Assembly: GCA_963817895.1 (NCBI GenBank)
Contig: CAWFQB010000005.1
Location: forward strand, 1-64,000
DNA: 64,000 nt
Source: an uncultured Chthonomonadaceae bacterium
GTDB lineage: Bacteria; Armatimonadota; Chthonomonadetes; Chthonomonadales; Chthonomonadaceae
Reading direction: 5' to 3'
Shown: one piece after another, positions 1 through 10,840 of the stretch
How the letters are laid out: each line of letters starts with the position of its first letter
Numbering within the stretch: position 1 is the stretch's first letter
Translations under genes and position numbers: made by a program
Notes under the pieces: model-generated
Databases searched by the model: none
What the model saw: the letters and a program-made list of their open reading frames with translations, nothing else
Told to the model about the DNA's origin: nothing

Positions 1-42
1 GCTATGTCTATGTACGTCTGCTTCGGTTTCAGTCGTCTTGCT
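1..42 (+). other. Probable residual Oxford Nanopore ligation adapter (artefact)
   Basis: ATGTAC..CTTCGGTTTCAGTCGTCTTGCT is a noisy match to the adapter ATGTACTTCGTTCAGTTACGTATTGCT; kinase-like coding starts directly after it. Confidence 0.7.
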
Positions 43-1789
43 CATCGAGGGCAAAGTCGTCATTGATATGGAGTACGTGCGCGGCCAGAATCTGCAGGAG
101 ATGCTGCGGCAGGATGGGATTGCCCGTAAACCGCTCCCTGACATCGCCGCCCAGGTGCTGGATGCGCTCGACTACGCGCATCAGATGCAGACGGTTCATC
201 GCGACATCAAGCCCGCGAACATTCTCATAGACCGCGACGGGCAGGTAAAACTCGTAGACTTCGGACTGGCCGAAATCCTTGCCACCAACGCTTATGCGGG
301 CGGGGCAGGCACGTATGCGTATATGGCCCCCGAAGACTTTGCCGAAGATGACCGCTCGGACTCGCAATCCGATATATGGGCGGTGGGCGTCACTCTGTAC
401 GAGATGCTCACGCATCAGCGCCCGTTTACGGTCGCCAAAGTGAAAGACCCATTCGCGTGGAAGCGCGTATTGAAATCCGAAGTCGCCCACGCCCATCAGC
501 GAGTATCTGCCCGACGCGCCGCCCATGCTGCAAGCCATTTTGGAACGCGCCCTTGCCCGCGACAAGCAGCAGCGCTACCCGACGGCAGGCGAGTTCCGCG
601 ACGATCTGATCCGCTTTCAACAGGGACAGCAGGTAGCCGCGCAAACCCTGCGCCATGCCCACGTTCGGCGCAACCCGCTTCTAAGGCGCGGCAACACTCC
701 CCCCGCTTCTCCTGCCAATCCTCCGTCCGGCAACGGCCTGAACACGCCCGCCCCGCCCCTGAGCAGCCGGCCAGCCCCTGCCCTGATGGGAACGGGCGGA
801 GGAAGACAAGGAAAGGAGGAGACAAGGAGAAGGGGAGACGCAATCGGCAATCGAACCATCCTTCATCCTTCATCCTTCAACCTATCCGGGGCGCGTTGTT
901 GCGGATGTGAACCAACCTCCTGTGAACAATGCGCAGGCGAGTGGAACATCAGCCGGAGCGCAAGGCGCGTCTGCCTTTCGCGCGGCGAGATGCTACAGCG
1001 CAACTGACGGTGGAACCGGGGCGCGTGGATTTCGGGGCGGTGCGCAAGGGGGAACTGCCTTCCGTGAAGATTACGGCGCGGGTGACGGGCGGCGACGGGG
1101 TTGTGGAGGGGCGCGTGGTTCATTCTTCGGACTGGCTGACCGTGCATCCGCCCGCCATTGACCGAGCCAAACAATCCCTGACCTTAACGGCCCATTCCGC
1201 CCGCGTGTGGGAAACGGGCGAGTTTCATGAAACCGTTCGCATTGAAACCAACGCGGGTACGGTCGAAGTGCCGACTCGCCTTGTGGTGCTGCCGCCCCGC
1301 GCCTCGTTTATGCAGATTGCCGCCTGGTTTGCGCCCCTGTTCGGCGCGGCCTTATTGCCCGCGCTGGCGATTGCGTTTGCGGGTGGAGGCAGACAGCACG
1401 GCGCGGCCCTTGTGAGCCTTCTGGCGCGGTATACGCCGGGGGCGGCAGTGGCGTCGGCAGGATTGGGATTGATGCTGCTGCTGGTCAGCATCGCAGCCGA
1501 CATCGGTATCGCGGAGCGTATTGCCTGCGGCGTACTGATTGCCGTCATGGGCGCGACCCTGGGCATGTCGAGCAGCCATGGCCCCGGCAGTTCCACGCAT
1601 CAAGCGGTCATGGACAACGCGCATCGGATCGGCATCGAAAACGCGATAGTTATGGGCGGCTTCATGGGCGGCGTCCTCCTGCTGCAACTGCTGCACCTGC
1701 GCAAGTGGAAGCTATGGGCGTTTGTCATTGCCGCAATCGGCCTGACGTTGGGTGGCGCGCTGCTGCATATTTTCGGATTGAACATTTAG
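43..1789 (+). CDS. Hanks-type Ser/Thr protein kinase with C-terminal Ig/BACON-like domain and transmembrane helices (5'-truncated, frameshifted)
   Basis: HRDIKPANIL, DFG, GTYAYMAPE and SDIWAVG motifs in ORF 38..910; kinase C-lobe continues in 525..1007; beta-rich domain and hydrophobic helices in 929..1789. Confidence 0.85.
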
Positions 1790-1806
1790 AAACTTTCAAC
1801 AGCAAA

Positions 1807-1833
1807 CAGGAATTTGCCCGATGTAGGGCGAAT
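1807..1833 (+). promoter_or_regulatory. SigH-like promoter
   Basis: CAGGAA-N15-GCGAAT about 60 nt upstream of the HEAT-repeat gene. Confidence 0.6.
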
Positions 1834-1893
1834 AGACTTCTGGAATGTGTAAGTTCAACAGAAGGTCTGATTTGAAACAACGAGGTTCAAGCC

Positions 1894-3411
1894 GTGCGTA
1901 AATATCTCAATTACATTATCTTCGGCGCGGTCGTGCTGCTCGTGGTCGTGCTGGCCGTGTCGCACAGCCGCCACATGCGTATGCTCGTGGATGAACTGGC
2001 CGGAAACGACGCGCAGGCGCATGTCAGCGCCGCCAACGAACTAATTAAGGACGAGCAGTTCGGCGACTCGATTTCCGGCGAACTGCCGGAAACCCGCGTC
2101 AAGGTGGCCCGCGCCTTGCAAGACCTGCCCACAACGGATGGCGTGAAACAAACCCTGACCTGCTCAAAGATCAGGATAAAACCGTTCGAGCGCAGGCGCT
2201 GGAAACCCTAAAGAAAATCGGCGCTCATTCGCAGGAAACCATTGACGCCCTTGTTGTCGGCTTGAAAGACGGCGATGTGAACGTGCGCAAGGGTACGATT
2301 GCGGCTCTGACCGATCCCGCCGACAAGGGCGGCATCGGCCCCCTTCCCAATGTGACGCAGGCCGTGCTTGCCATTATCAAAAAAGAGGCCGATGCGCGCA
2401 GTCCGGGCGGCAATGTTCTGAGCAGTCCCCGGTTTCTGGAGGAGGGCGCTAGCACGATCAGCGTCCCCGCCCTTATCGGGTATCTTGGCGACAAGGACAA
2501 TGGCGTTCGGGGATGGGGCGGCGGACGCATTGGGCAAGATCGGGGATGAAAGCGCGGTGCAGCCGCTCATTACCCTGCTCAATGCGCCCGACACCACGCC
2601 GGACTTGAAGCGCGTGGCGACGGGCGCGATTGCCCTGATTGCCGCGCCCACCTGTGAGCCGTCCCTGACCGATGCCGTAACCAATGTTGCCGCCGACAAC
2701 GACGCGCGGGCGCAGGCCGCTCTCGGGCTGGGAAAAATCGCCACGCCCACTGCCATTGCCACGCTTGTACGCCGCTCAACGACGATGACCTGAAATTGCG
2801 CTCCGCTGTGGTAGTTGCGCTGGCGCGGGCAGGACAGGCCGACAATCCCCGCGCCCGACAAACCGCGCTGACCGGACTGACCGGCGCGTTGCAGGATGCC
2901 AACGCAAGCGTCCGGTTGGGCGCGGCGCAAACCCTGCAATCGCTGCATGCCCCCGAAGCCAACGCCGCGCTGACGCAGGCGCTACAGGGCAACAAGGATG
3001 CGCCGGATGTGCGCGCTGAAGCGGCAACGGCGTTGGGATTTGCCAACAATCAGGCCGGCTGTCGCGCCCCTGATTGCCGCTCTAAGCGATCCTGACGGCA
3101 ATGTGGCGACGGCGGCGCAGCAGAATCTCCACCGCTATCGGCCCGCCTGCTGTGCCGGACTGATGACGGTTTTACAGCGCGGCGGCACGGACGCTTTGTA
3201 CGCGGCGCAGTCGTTGGGGCGACAGGGAACGCCCGCCCTTTCTGCGCTTCAACAGGCAGCGGGAACCGCGTCCCCCCTCGCGCAACGCTGGATTGCCGTC
3301 GCGCTCGGCACAGTCGGCACAGCGGAAGCCCGTCCCGCCCTGCAACAACTGGCGCAAAGTCCCGACAGTGACGTAAAATATCGTGGCGCAGCAGCAATTG
3401 AACCGATTTGA
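1894..3411 (+). CDS. HEAT/PBS-lyase repeat protein with N-terminal membrane anchor (frameshifted)
   Basis: Consecutive ORF fragments with HEAT signatures (AADALGKIGD, AALGLGKIA, VRAEAATALG); hydrophobic N-terminus. Confidence 0.8.
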
Positions 3412-3552
3412 CGCAGTAATCGGTATTAGGTGTTGGGTGTTCAGGGCAATACAACAGGCACAGGTTTGCTTTAGCGCGGCAAGGCTTGAGTTGGTTTCCT
3501 GAACACCTAACACCGCATTAACACCTTTATTTTCGGCGCGGCCTGCAATTTG

Positions 3553-3582
3553 TTGACTCGGCTGTCGAAAATGTGCTAGTCT
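3553..3582 (+). promoter_or_regulatory. Sigma70-type promoter of the SAM riboswitch/metK transcript
   Basis: TTGACT-N18-TAGTCT with TG extension. Confidence 0.5.
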
Positions 3583-3607
3583 ATCTTTAACAATTTCATA
3601 GCGATAG

Positions 3608-3756
3608 CTTCTTATCACGAGTGGTCGAGGGATCCGGCCCGTTGACACCACAACAACCACCCGCGCTTTGCCTGCAATTTTATTGCCGCTAAAGCTGTCG
3701 GGCAGGTGCTAAATCCGGGCAGTTGCGTTTTACGATGCAGCCTGCCAGATAAGAGG
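3608..3756 (+). ncRNA. SAM-I (S-box) riboswitch
   Basis: CTTATC-ACGAGTGGTCGAGGGA-TCCGGCCC-GTTGACACC-ACAACAACC...GGTGCTAAATCC...GATAAG core; P1 CTTCTTATC/GATAAGAGG; lies upstream of metK. Confidence 0.92.
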
Positions 3757-3841
3757 TGTAGAGCGTCTTCCCGCTGTTTCGCGCCCGCTTGTCTGTTTCC
3801 GCAGGGATCCGGCGCGACAACGCGCCCACCACGCTTTTACG

Positions 3842-3875
3842 ACCTCTTCTGCCAGGCAGAAGAGGTTTTTCGTTT
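3842..3875 (+). terminator. Intrinsic terminator (riboswitch expression platform)
   Basis: ACCTCTTCTGCC-A-GGCAGAAGAGGT hairpin followed by TTTTCGTTT. Confidence 0.85.
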
Positions 3876-3876
3876 C

Positions 3877-4003
3877 AGGTTGTTAGTTGTTAGGTTATCA
3901 GGTTGTTAGGTATTCGGCGACGGCCTTTCGGCATGAAAACGAACAGGATAATTTGTAGTGCCTGAACAACCTAACAACCTGATAACCTAACAACTAACAA
4001 CCT
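3877..4003. repeat. Perfect 34-bp inverted repeat built from GTTGTTA/GGTTATCA tandem units
   Basis: 3877-3910 is the exact reverse complement of 3970-4003. Confidence 0.95.
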
Positions 4004-4023
4004 CCTCCCGAAAGGAACTCATC

Positions 4024-5183
4024 ATGTCTGACTTCACTCTGTTTACTTCTGAAAGCGTTTCCGAAGGCCACCCCGATAAATTGGCCGACCAGATCAGCGA
4101 TGCCATTCTGGATGCGCTGCTCAAAGAGGATCCGGGTTCCCGCGTCGCGCTGGAAACGTTTTTGACGCGCGGCCTGTGCGTGGTGGGCGGCGAACTGACG
4201 ACCGAAGCGTATGTGGAGATCGCCGACATCGTGCGCGAAACCATCTGCGAAGTGGGCTACACGCATACCGACTCCGGCTTCGACGGCTATACCTGCGGCG
4301 TGATGCTCGCCATTCAGCGGCAGTCGCCCGACATCGCGCAGGGCGTGGACCGCGCCGACCCCAATGATCAGGGCGCGGGCGATCAGGGCCTGATGTTCGG
4401 GTATGCCACGCAACGAAACCGAGCAACTGATGCCGCTCGCGCTGACGATTGCGCACGACCTGACGCGCCGCCATGCCGAAGTGCGCAAAGCCATGCCGGA
4501 ACTCGGCTTCCGCCCGGACGCCAAATCGCAGGTGACAATCGCCTACAGCCCGGACGGCACGCCCGACCACATTGACACCATCGTTTTCTCCTCGCAGCAC
4601 GACCCGTCCCACACGCAGGCCAGCGTTCAGGCCAATGTGCAGGAGTACGTCGTGAAGCCCGTCGCTGAAAAAGTACGATCAGTTCGTCAAGGGCAACATC
4701 AAATACTACATCAATCCGACCGGGCGCTTCGTCATCGGCGGGCCGCAGGCGGATACGGGCGTCACGGGCCGCAAGATCATCGTGGACACATACGGCGGTT
4801 CTGCCCGTCACGGCGGCGGCGCGTTTTCGGGCAAAGACCCGTCCAAAGTAGACCGTCGCGCGGCGTATACGGGCCGCTACATCGCCAAGAACATCGTGGC
4901 GGCGGGACTGGCTGACCGCGCGGAAATTCAGCTGGCGTATGCGATTGGCGTGGCCGAGCCGGTCAGCGTGTACGTGGACACGTTCGGCACGGGCAAAATA
5001 CCGGATGCGGAGATCGTCAGCCGCGTACGCAAGGCCGTTGACCTGCGCCCCCGCGCCATCATCGCGCGCCTGTCCCTGCTCAATTCCGCCCGCATCAAGT
5101 ACGTGCAGACAGCCAAAAACGGACACTTCGGCAACCCGTCCTTCCCGTGGGAAGCCACCGACCTGGTGAACGAACTGAAATAA
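4024..5183 (+). CDS. metK: S-adenosylmethionine synthetase (frameshifted in assembly)
   Basis: [25 protein letters not shown] and [21 protein letters not shown] motifs across three frames. Confidence 0.97.
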
Positions 5184-5227
5184 CTTCGCCGCATCTACTT
5201 TATAGCGCCCCGCCGGATATTTAACCC

Positions 5228-6525
5228 ATGTCCATTTCACGTCGAAAACTTATTGTCGGTTCTGCCGGACTTGCCGCTTCCGCTTTCTGCCCGGTTGTGG
5301 GCGCAGGGGTGGGAGTTCGCCTGTCACCGTGCGGTTCTGGAACGGGTTTACCGGGCCGGACGGCAGAACCATGCTGCGGATGGTGAAGCGGTTCAACGCG
5401 GCAAACCCCGATGTCAATGTCTTGATGCAGCGGGCGGATTGGGCCACGCTGTACAACAAACTGTTTGTGGCGGGATTGGGCGGACCGCGCGCCGGAATTG
5501 TTCGTGGTGCATACCAGCGCGCTCGTGCGTTTCGCGCAGGCAAAGTTTATCGCGCCCATAGACGACCTTGTTTCCGGGACAAACGGCTTCGACATTAACG
5601 ATGTGGACGCCAATGTCTGGCAGGGCGCAGCCGTAGACGGCAAACACTACGCGCTTCCCCTCGACGTGCATATTCTGGGCATGTACTACAACAAGCGCAT
5701 GTTCCGCGAGGCGGGCGTGGTGGACGCGAAGGGCGAAGCCCGTCCGCCCACCAACCGCGACGAGTTTCTGGACGCCTGCGCCCGCCTGACGCGCCGCGCT
5801 TCCGCACCACTGCTAATGGTTCCAACGGCGCGGAGCAGTGGGGATTTGTGTTCACCAATCTGGACAGCAACCTGTACAATCTCATGCGGCAATGGGACGG
5901 ACCGTTCTTCACGCCCGACGAGTCGCGCTGCCTGCTGGATGATCCGCGCAATGTGGACGCGCTGACAGTTCAGCGTGGATTTGGTGCGAAGGCGAAGCGT
6001 TGCGCCCCCGCCCGAAAACTTCGACTCGTGGGTGGGGTTCCGGCAGGGCAAAGTGGGCATGGCGTTCGAGGGCATCTACATGCTTGCCGACCTGGAAAAG
6101 CAGACCGATCTGGAATTCGGCGGCGCGCCCGTGCCGCAAATGGGAACCAACAAAGCGGTTTGGGCCAACTCGCATAACCTGTGTATGCGGGCTGGACTGA
6201 GCGACGCGCAGCGGCAGGCGACCTGGCGGTTTATGCGCTTTCTGTCCGACAACAGCCTGGATTGGGCGGCAGGGCGGGCAGGTTCCGGTTCGCAAAAGCC
6301 TGCGCGCCACGCCCCGTTTCGCGTCCATGCCGATACAGTCCGCGTTCGCCACGCAGATTCCCATCGTCAACTACCTGCCGCGCCTGCCCTTCATCTTCGA
6401 GTTTCAAACCGAGTACGATACCGCTATGGAAAGCGCGCTGCGCGGCAGCTCTCACGCCGCAAGCCGCGCTGCAAACCGCCACTGCCAACATCAACGCCAT
6501 CATCGCGAGGCGGAGGCAGGCATGA
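5228..6525 (+). CDS. Carbohydrate ABC transporter substrate-binding protein with Tat-like signal (frameshifted)
   Basis: MSISRRKLI N-terminus; RFWNGFTGPDG, YALPLDVH..MYYNK and FRQGKVGMAFEG motifs. Confidence 0.85.
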
Positions 6526-7459
6526 AGAAGAGGAGAAAAGGAGAAAAGGAGAAAAGGAGATAGGCGCAGTTGCTATCAACTATCAACTATCAACTATCAA
6601 GCGTTTTTCTGGCTACCTCTTTGTCCTGCCTTATCTGACGCTGTTCGGCGGGTTTTTGCTGCTGCCGCTGCTGTACGGGTTGGTGTTGAGTTTTTGCCGG
6701 TGGGAACTGCTGTCGCCCGCGCCGCCCAAGTTTATCGGCGTGGGCAATTATCAGGAAGCCCTGTCGAGCGCGTACTTCTGGAAGGCGTTGTGGCGCGACC
6801 GTCCGGTTTGTCGTGATGGCGGTTCCGCTCACGGTCACGTCGGCCCTGCTGATCGCGGTGGGCGTTCAGGCCATGCCGCGCCACCGTCAGGCGCTGTACC
6901 GCGCCGCGTATTATCTGCCTACGATGATTACCATCAGCGTGACCGGCCTGGTGTGGCGCTGGTTTTACAATGGCGAGTTCGGCCTGTTCAACGCCCTGCT
7001 GGCCCCGCTCGGCGTGAAAGCGCCCTGGATCACCGGTGCAGGCTTGGGCGATGAAGTCCATTGTGCTGATGACGCTGTGGTGGACGGTGGGCGGGCCGAT
7101 GGTGGTTCTGCTGGCGGGACTGGAAAACATCCCCGACTCACTACCGCGAAGCGGCGGAACTGGACGGCGCGACGGGCTGGCAGCGGTTCCGCTACGTCAC
7201 GCTTCCCCTGCTGCGCCCCATTCTGCTGTTCGTGCTGACCATGAACTTGATCGGCGCGTTTCAGGTGTTCGGGCAGACGTTTATGATTACGCGGGGCGGC
7301 CCGGAACAGTCCACCCGCGTTCTGGTGCAGTATCTCTACGAAACCGCCTTCAACAACTACCGCATGGGCTACGCGGCGGCGATGAGTTGGCTGCTGTTCG
7401 TGTTCATCTTAGGTATTTCGCTCGGACAACTGCGCCTGATGCGCGAACGGACAACGTAG
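6522..7459 (+). CDS. Carbohydrate ABC transporter permease (MalF-like, frameshifted)
   Basis: YLFVLPYL, FIGVGNY, YYLPTMI, IGAFQVFGQ..TRGGP and YAAAMSW motifs. Confidence 0.88.
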
Positions 7460-7504
7460 GCGGGTGTTCAGGTGTTCAGGTATTCAGGTGTTCAGTTGAC
7501 ATCC

Positions 7505-7533
7505 TTGTGCTCTAATGAAAGCCGTGCTATAAT
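7505..7533 (+). promoter_or_regulatory. Sigma70-type promoter of the toxin-antitoxin cassette
   Basis: TTGTGC-N17-TATAAT with TG extension; AAAGGAGA ribosome binding site at 7543. Confidence 0.6.
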
Positions 7534-7551
7534 TCAATTCAGAAAGGAGAT

Positions 7552-7860
7552 ATGTCAATGGCACAAGCACAAATTTATCACGGGAACTGCTGAAGACATC
7601 GCGCGGTTGCTACAAGATGGCAGATTTACCGGACAAACCATGCGTCTCATTGTAGAACCGGCGACAGATGCGCTTGAGGAACCGGAGGACTACTGCTGAC
7701 ACGCTTCCTACGCCACCGAATACTGTTCGTGACCGCGCCCATCTGGACGAACTTCTCATGGCGGGCATCAACTCTCCCGAGGCATATAGCGACCGAGCAG
7801 GACTGGGTCAATATGAAGCCGTAAAGACGGAGCGCCTCGCCGCGCGAAAACAAGCTATGA
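7552..7860 (+). CDS. ParD-like antitoxin (frameshifted)
   Basis: Strong RBS; LDELLMAGINSP resembles ParD C-terminal L..LL.EG..S; overlaps the toxin start. Confidence 0.55.
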
Positions 7861-8239
7861 GCCGGATAGTCGTACATAAAAATGAGGCGTGAGTTCGACA
7901 TAATCGAAGCCGCTTACCAGATAGCCGAAACCAGCCTCATTAGCATCGGAGCAGGTTTACCAAAGCGGTTAAGGCTGCTATTGATGATCTGGCAATAATG
8001 CCGGGTATGGGAGTTCAGCGCGATTACGACAACCCTGCTTATGCAGATATGCGGATGTGGCCTGTGTCCGATAGATTTCAAAGTATCTAATCTTCTATCG
8101 GACGGCTGGCGAGTTTCTGGAAGTTATACGCGTCCTCCATTCCTCACAGGACATAGAAGCCATTTTCGCGCCTGAAGTGGCAGAAACACAGGATGAATGC
8201 AAGAGTAGAAGCCATTTGAATTGCCGGGTACGGGCGTAA
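7857..8239 (+). CDS. RelE/ParE-family toxin (frameshifted; missed by the ORF track)
   Basis: Manual translation gives AAIDDLAIMPGMG..RMWPV..YLIFYR..LEVIRVLHSSQDI, a ParE signature. Confidence 0.8.
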
Positions 8240-8281
8240 AGACTTTGAAGTGAGCCAATGTCGGCGCGAGAAAGACAGCCC

Positions 8282-9161
8282 ATGAACTCTGTGCAGCAAG
8301 GCGCGTTGGCAGGCAAGACGGAAGCCGGGAAGCGCGGCAGAACCGGATGCGCAGAATTGCGGTTGAGGCACTGGTGGCGTGTGGGGCGCTGCTGTTTGTG
8401 CTGCCGATTGCGATTATGCTGATTACCGCGTTCAAGCCGGATGCCGAAATCATTCACTTTCGCGGCCTGCTGCCGCAGCATGTCACCACGCAGAACTTCC
8501 GCGATATTCTGTTCAACCCCGAAGAAATCCCCGTCGCTCGCTGGTTCGCCAACAGCGTATTCATCTCGTCCTCGGTCACTCTGCTCGTCCTGACCGTTGA
8601 TTCGCTGGCCGCGTATGGGCTGGCGCGATTGGAACTGCCCGGTAAAAAGTGGCTGTTTCCGTTCATTGTCGCCACGCTCATGGTTCCGGGCCAGATTTTG
8701 CTCGTGCCCGTGTATCTTATCCTCAACCAATTGGGCTGGCTGGACACGCCGCTTGCTCTGATTGTTCCTGCCGGGGCGGGCGCGTTCGGCGTGTTTTTGC
8801 TGCACCAGTTTTTCCTGTCCATTCCCAAAGAACTGGAAGAGGCCGCTATCTGGACGGCTGCACCCGGTTCGGCATCTACTGGCGCATTGTGCTTCCGCTT
8901 TCCAAGCCCGCGCTTGCCACACTGGGCATTTTCTGCTTCATCGGCTCGTGGAACGACTTTATCGGGCCGCTGGTGTTCCTCGACTCGGTGGACAAGTTCA
9001 CCCTCCCCGTCGGCATCGCCCTGTTCCAAACCTCCTATTACGCGGAGTACGCGCTCACTCTGGCGGCAAGCGTCCTTTGCACCATTCCCGTCGTGATTGT
9101 GTTTTTGCTGTTTCAGCGTCACATCGTCAAAGGCATGGCAATGACCGGCCTGAAAGAGTAA
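8282..9161 (+). CDS. Carbohydrate ABC transporter permease (MalG-like, frameshifted)
   Basis: WFANS, AAYGLARL, QFFLSIPKELEEAA.(DG) EAA loop, SWNDFIGPL. Confidence 0.92.
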
Positions 9162-9351
9162 TGACGATTGACGATTGGCGATTGCTGATTTCAATTAGCG
9201 CTTGCCAGTTGCTTGCGCCTCTGCTGAAATACGTAGGATGATTTGCCTCATAAGTTTACGCCTGTTTTCCGGTTTGATTCGATCAATCTGTTATGCGCGT
9301 TATTCAGGGCGCGTGACAATGACAAAACAATGACGAACAGGGAAAACAACG

Positions 9352-9630
9352 ATGTCTCAAAACAACTCCGATAGCGACAACCAGAACAATCCGAGTAGCC
9401 AGAACACGCAAAGCAATCAGAACAACGATACGCATCAGGGCAGCAACACGAACGATCCGCGCGTCAACGTTACGGACAATCCCGAATTGCAGCAGCCCGT
9501 AGCCGATAATCCCGTCAGCCAGCGGCGCAGCCGAACGCCTACCGAGGACGCCAACACGCCCAATATGAACAACGAGTTGCATGGCAATCGTCCCAAAGTG
9601 GCGCGTCAGGGCAGCGAAGATCACAATTAG
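9352..9630 (+). CDS. Small hydrophilic N/Q/S/D-rich protein
   Basis: 92-aa ORF with purine-rich RBS; followed by a hairpin. Confidence 0.6.
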   Translation: MSQNNSDSDNQNNPSSQNTQSNQNNDTHQGSNTNDPRVNVTDNPELQQPVADNPVSQRRSRTPTEDANTPNMNNELHGNRPKVARQGSEDHN

Positions 9631-9636
9631 TTCAGG

Positions 9637-9680
9637 CCCTCACCCCAACCCCTCTCCCAAAAAAGCATGGGAGAGGGGCT
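9637..9680 (+). repeat. BoxC/REP-like palindromic element
   Basis: CCCTCACCCCAACCCCTCTCCCA..TGGGAGAGGGG; related copies at 15591, 22085, 27156 and 29056. Confidence 0.8.
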
Positions 9681-9728
9681 AACTCAACTGTTGAGAACTA
9701 AAGCGTATGATCGGAGAACAATGGTATT

Positions 9729-10788
9729 ATGAAATTAAAACCTATTCAGCAGCAGGTTGTGGTGGTGTTTGGCGCGTCGAGCGGGATAGGACGCGAAACC
9801 GCGCTCCGTTTCGCGCGGAAGGGCGCGAAAGTGGTGGCGGCTTCCAACGACTCGCATGGCCTGCAAACACTGGTGGAGGAGATTACTGGAGCGGGCGGAC
9901 AGGCGGTCGGCATGGTAGCCGAAGCGACGATTCCCGCACAGGTTCAGGCCGTCGCGCGGGGAACCGTACAGCGTTTCGGGCGATTGGATACATGGGTTCA
10001 TGCGGCGGCGGTAAGCGTGTACGCGCCTTTCGAGCAGACCACGCCGGAAGAGTTCGCCCGCGTGTTGACCGTCAATGTCATGGGATACGTGCATGGCATC
10101 AAGGCCGCGCTGCCATACATGAAACAGGGAGCGGGGAGCGCGCTGATTCTTATATCATCGGTCGAATCCCAAATCTCCCTGCCCTTCAACAGCGCGTATG
10201 CCGCCTCCAAACACGCCATACACGGTCTTGTGCAGGCCCTGCGGCTGGAACTTAATCACGATAAAGCGCCCATCAGCCTGACCGAGATCATGCCGGCCAG
10301 CATAGACACGCCTCTGTTCGGCAAGGCAGGCACGAAACTGGGCGTGGAACCGATGGGCATACCACCCATCTACCCGGCCTCCCTGGTGGCGGACGCTATT
10401 CTGTATGCCGCCGGACATCCCATACGCGAGATCGTGGTGGGTAACGCGGGCAAAATGATGCTGCTCACCAACCGTTTCGCGCCCCTGTTGCTGGATGCCA
10501 TGTTGGAAAAAGTCGCGTTTGAGGGCCAGAAGTCCACGCGGCCCAAATCTCCTGGCAGCGGCAGACAATCTGTACGGTTCGGTGGGCGGACCGGCGCAGG
10601 TAGCAGGCGCGGAAATGGCGAAAGAGAAGGAGAAAACGCAGCAGATGGCTGCCGGACACAATGGCAAGACGAACGGCAACGGTAACGCAAATGGCAACGG
10701 CGCAAAGGCCGGAAGCAGCGTGTTGCCACTGGCAGGGGTGGCGGCTCTGGCCGGAATGGCGCTGATGGTCGCCAAATCGCGTCAGTAA
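9729..10788 (+). CDS. SDR-family oxidoreductase (frameshift near 3' end)
   Basis: GASSGIG Rossmann motif and YAASK catalytic motif. Confidence 0.92.
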
Positions 10789-10805
10789 AACAATAGGAGA
10801 AGGAG

Positions 10806-10832
10806 CAGGAAAGCAGGCGCATAACGGCGAAT
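10806..10832 (+). promoter_or_regulatory. SigH-like promoter
   Basis: CAGGAA-N15-GCGAAT ending 8 nt before the ATG at 10841. Confidence 0.6.
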
Positions 10833-10840
10833 TGGCAGGC

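Noticed and set aside
4024..5183. metK and neighbouring genes as true pseudogenes or programmed frameshifts
   Set aside because: Indels are scattered, concentrated near the adapter-bearing contig end and hit a normally essential gene; sequencing error is more parsimonious
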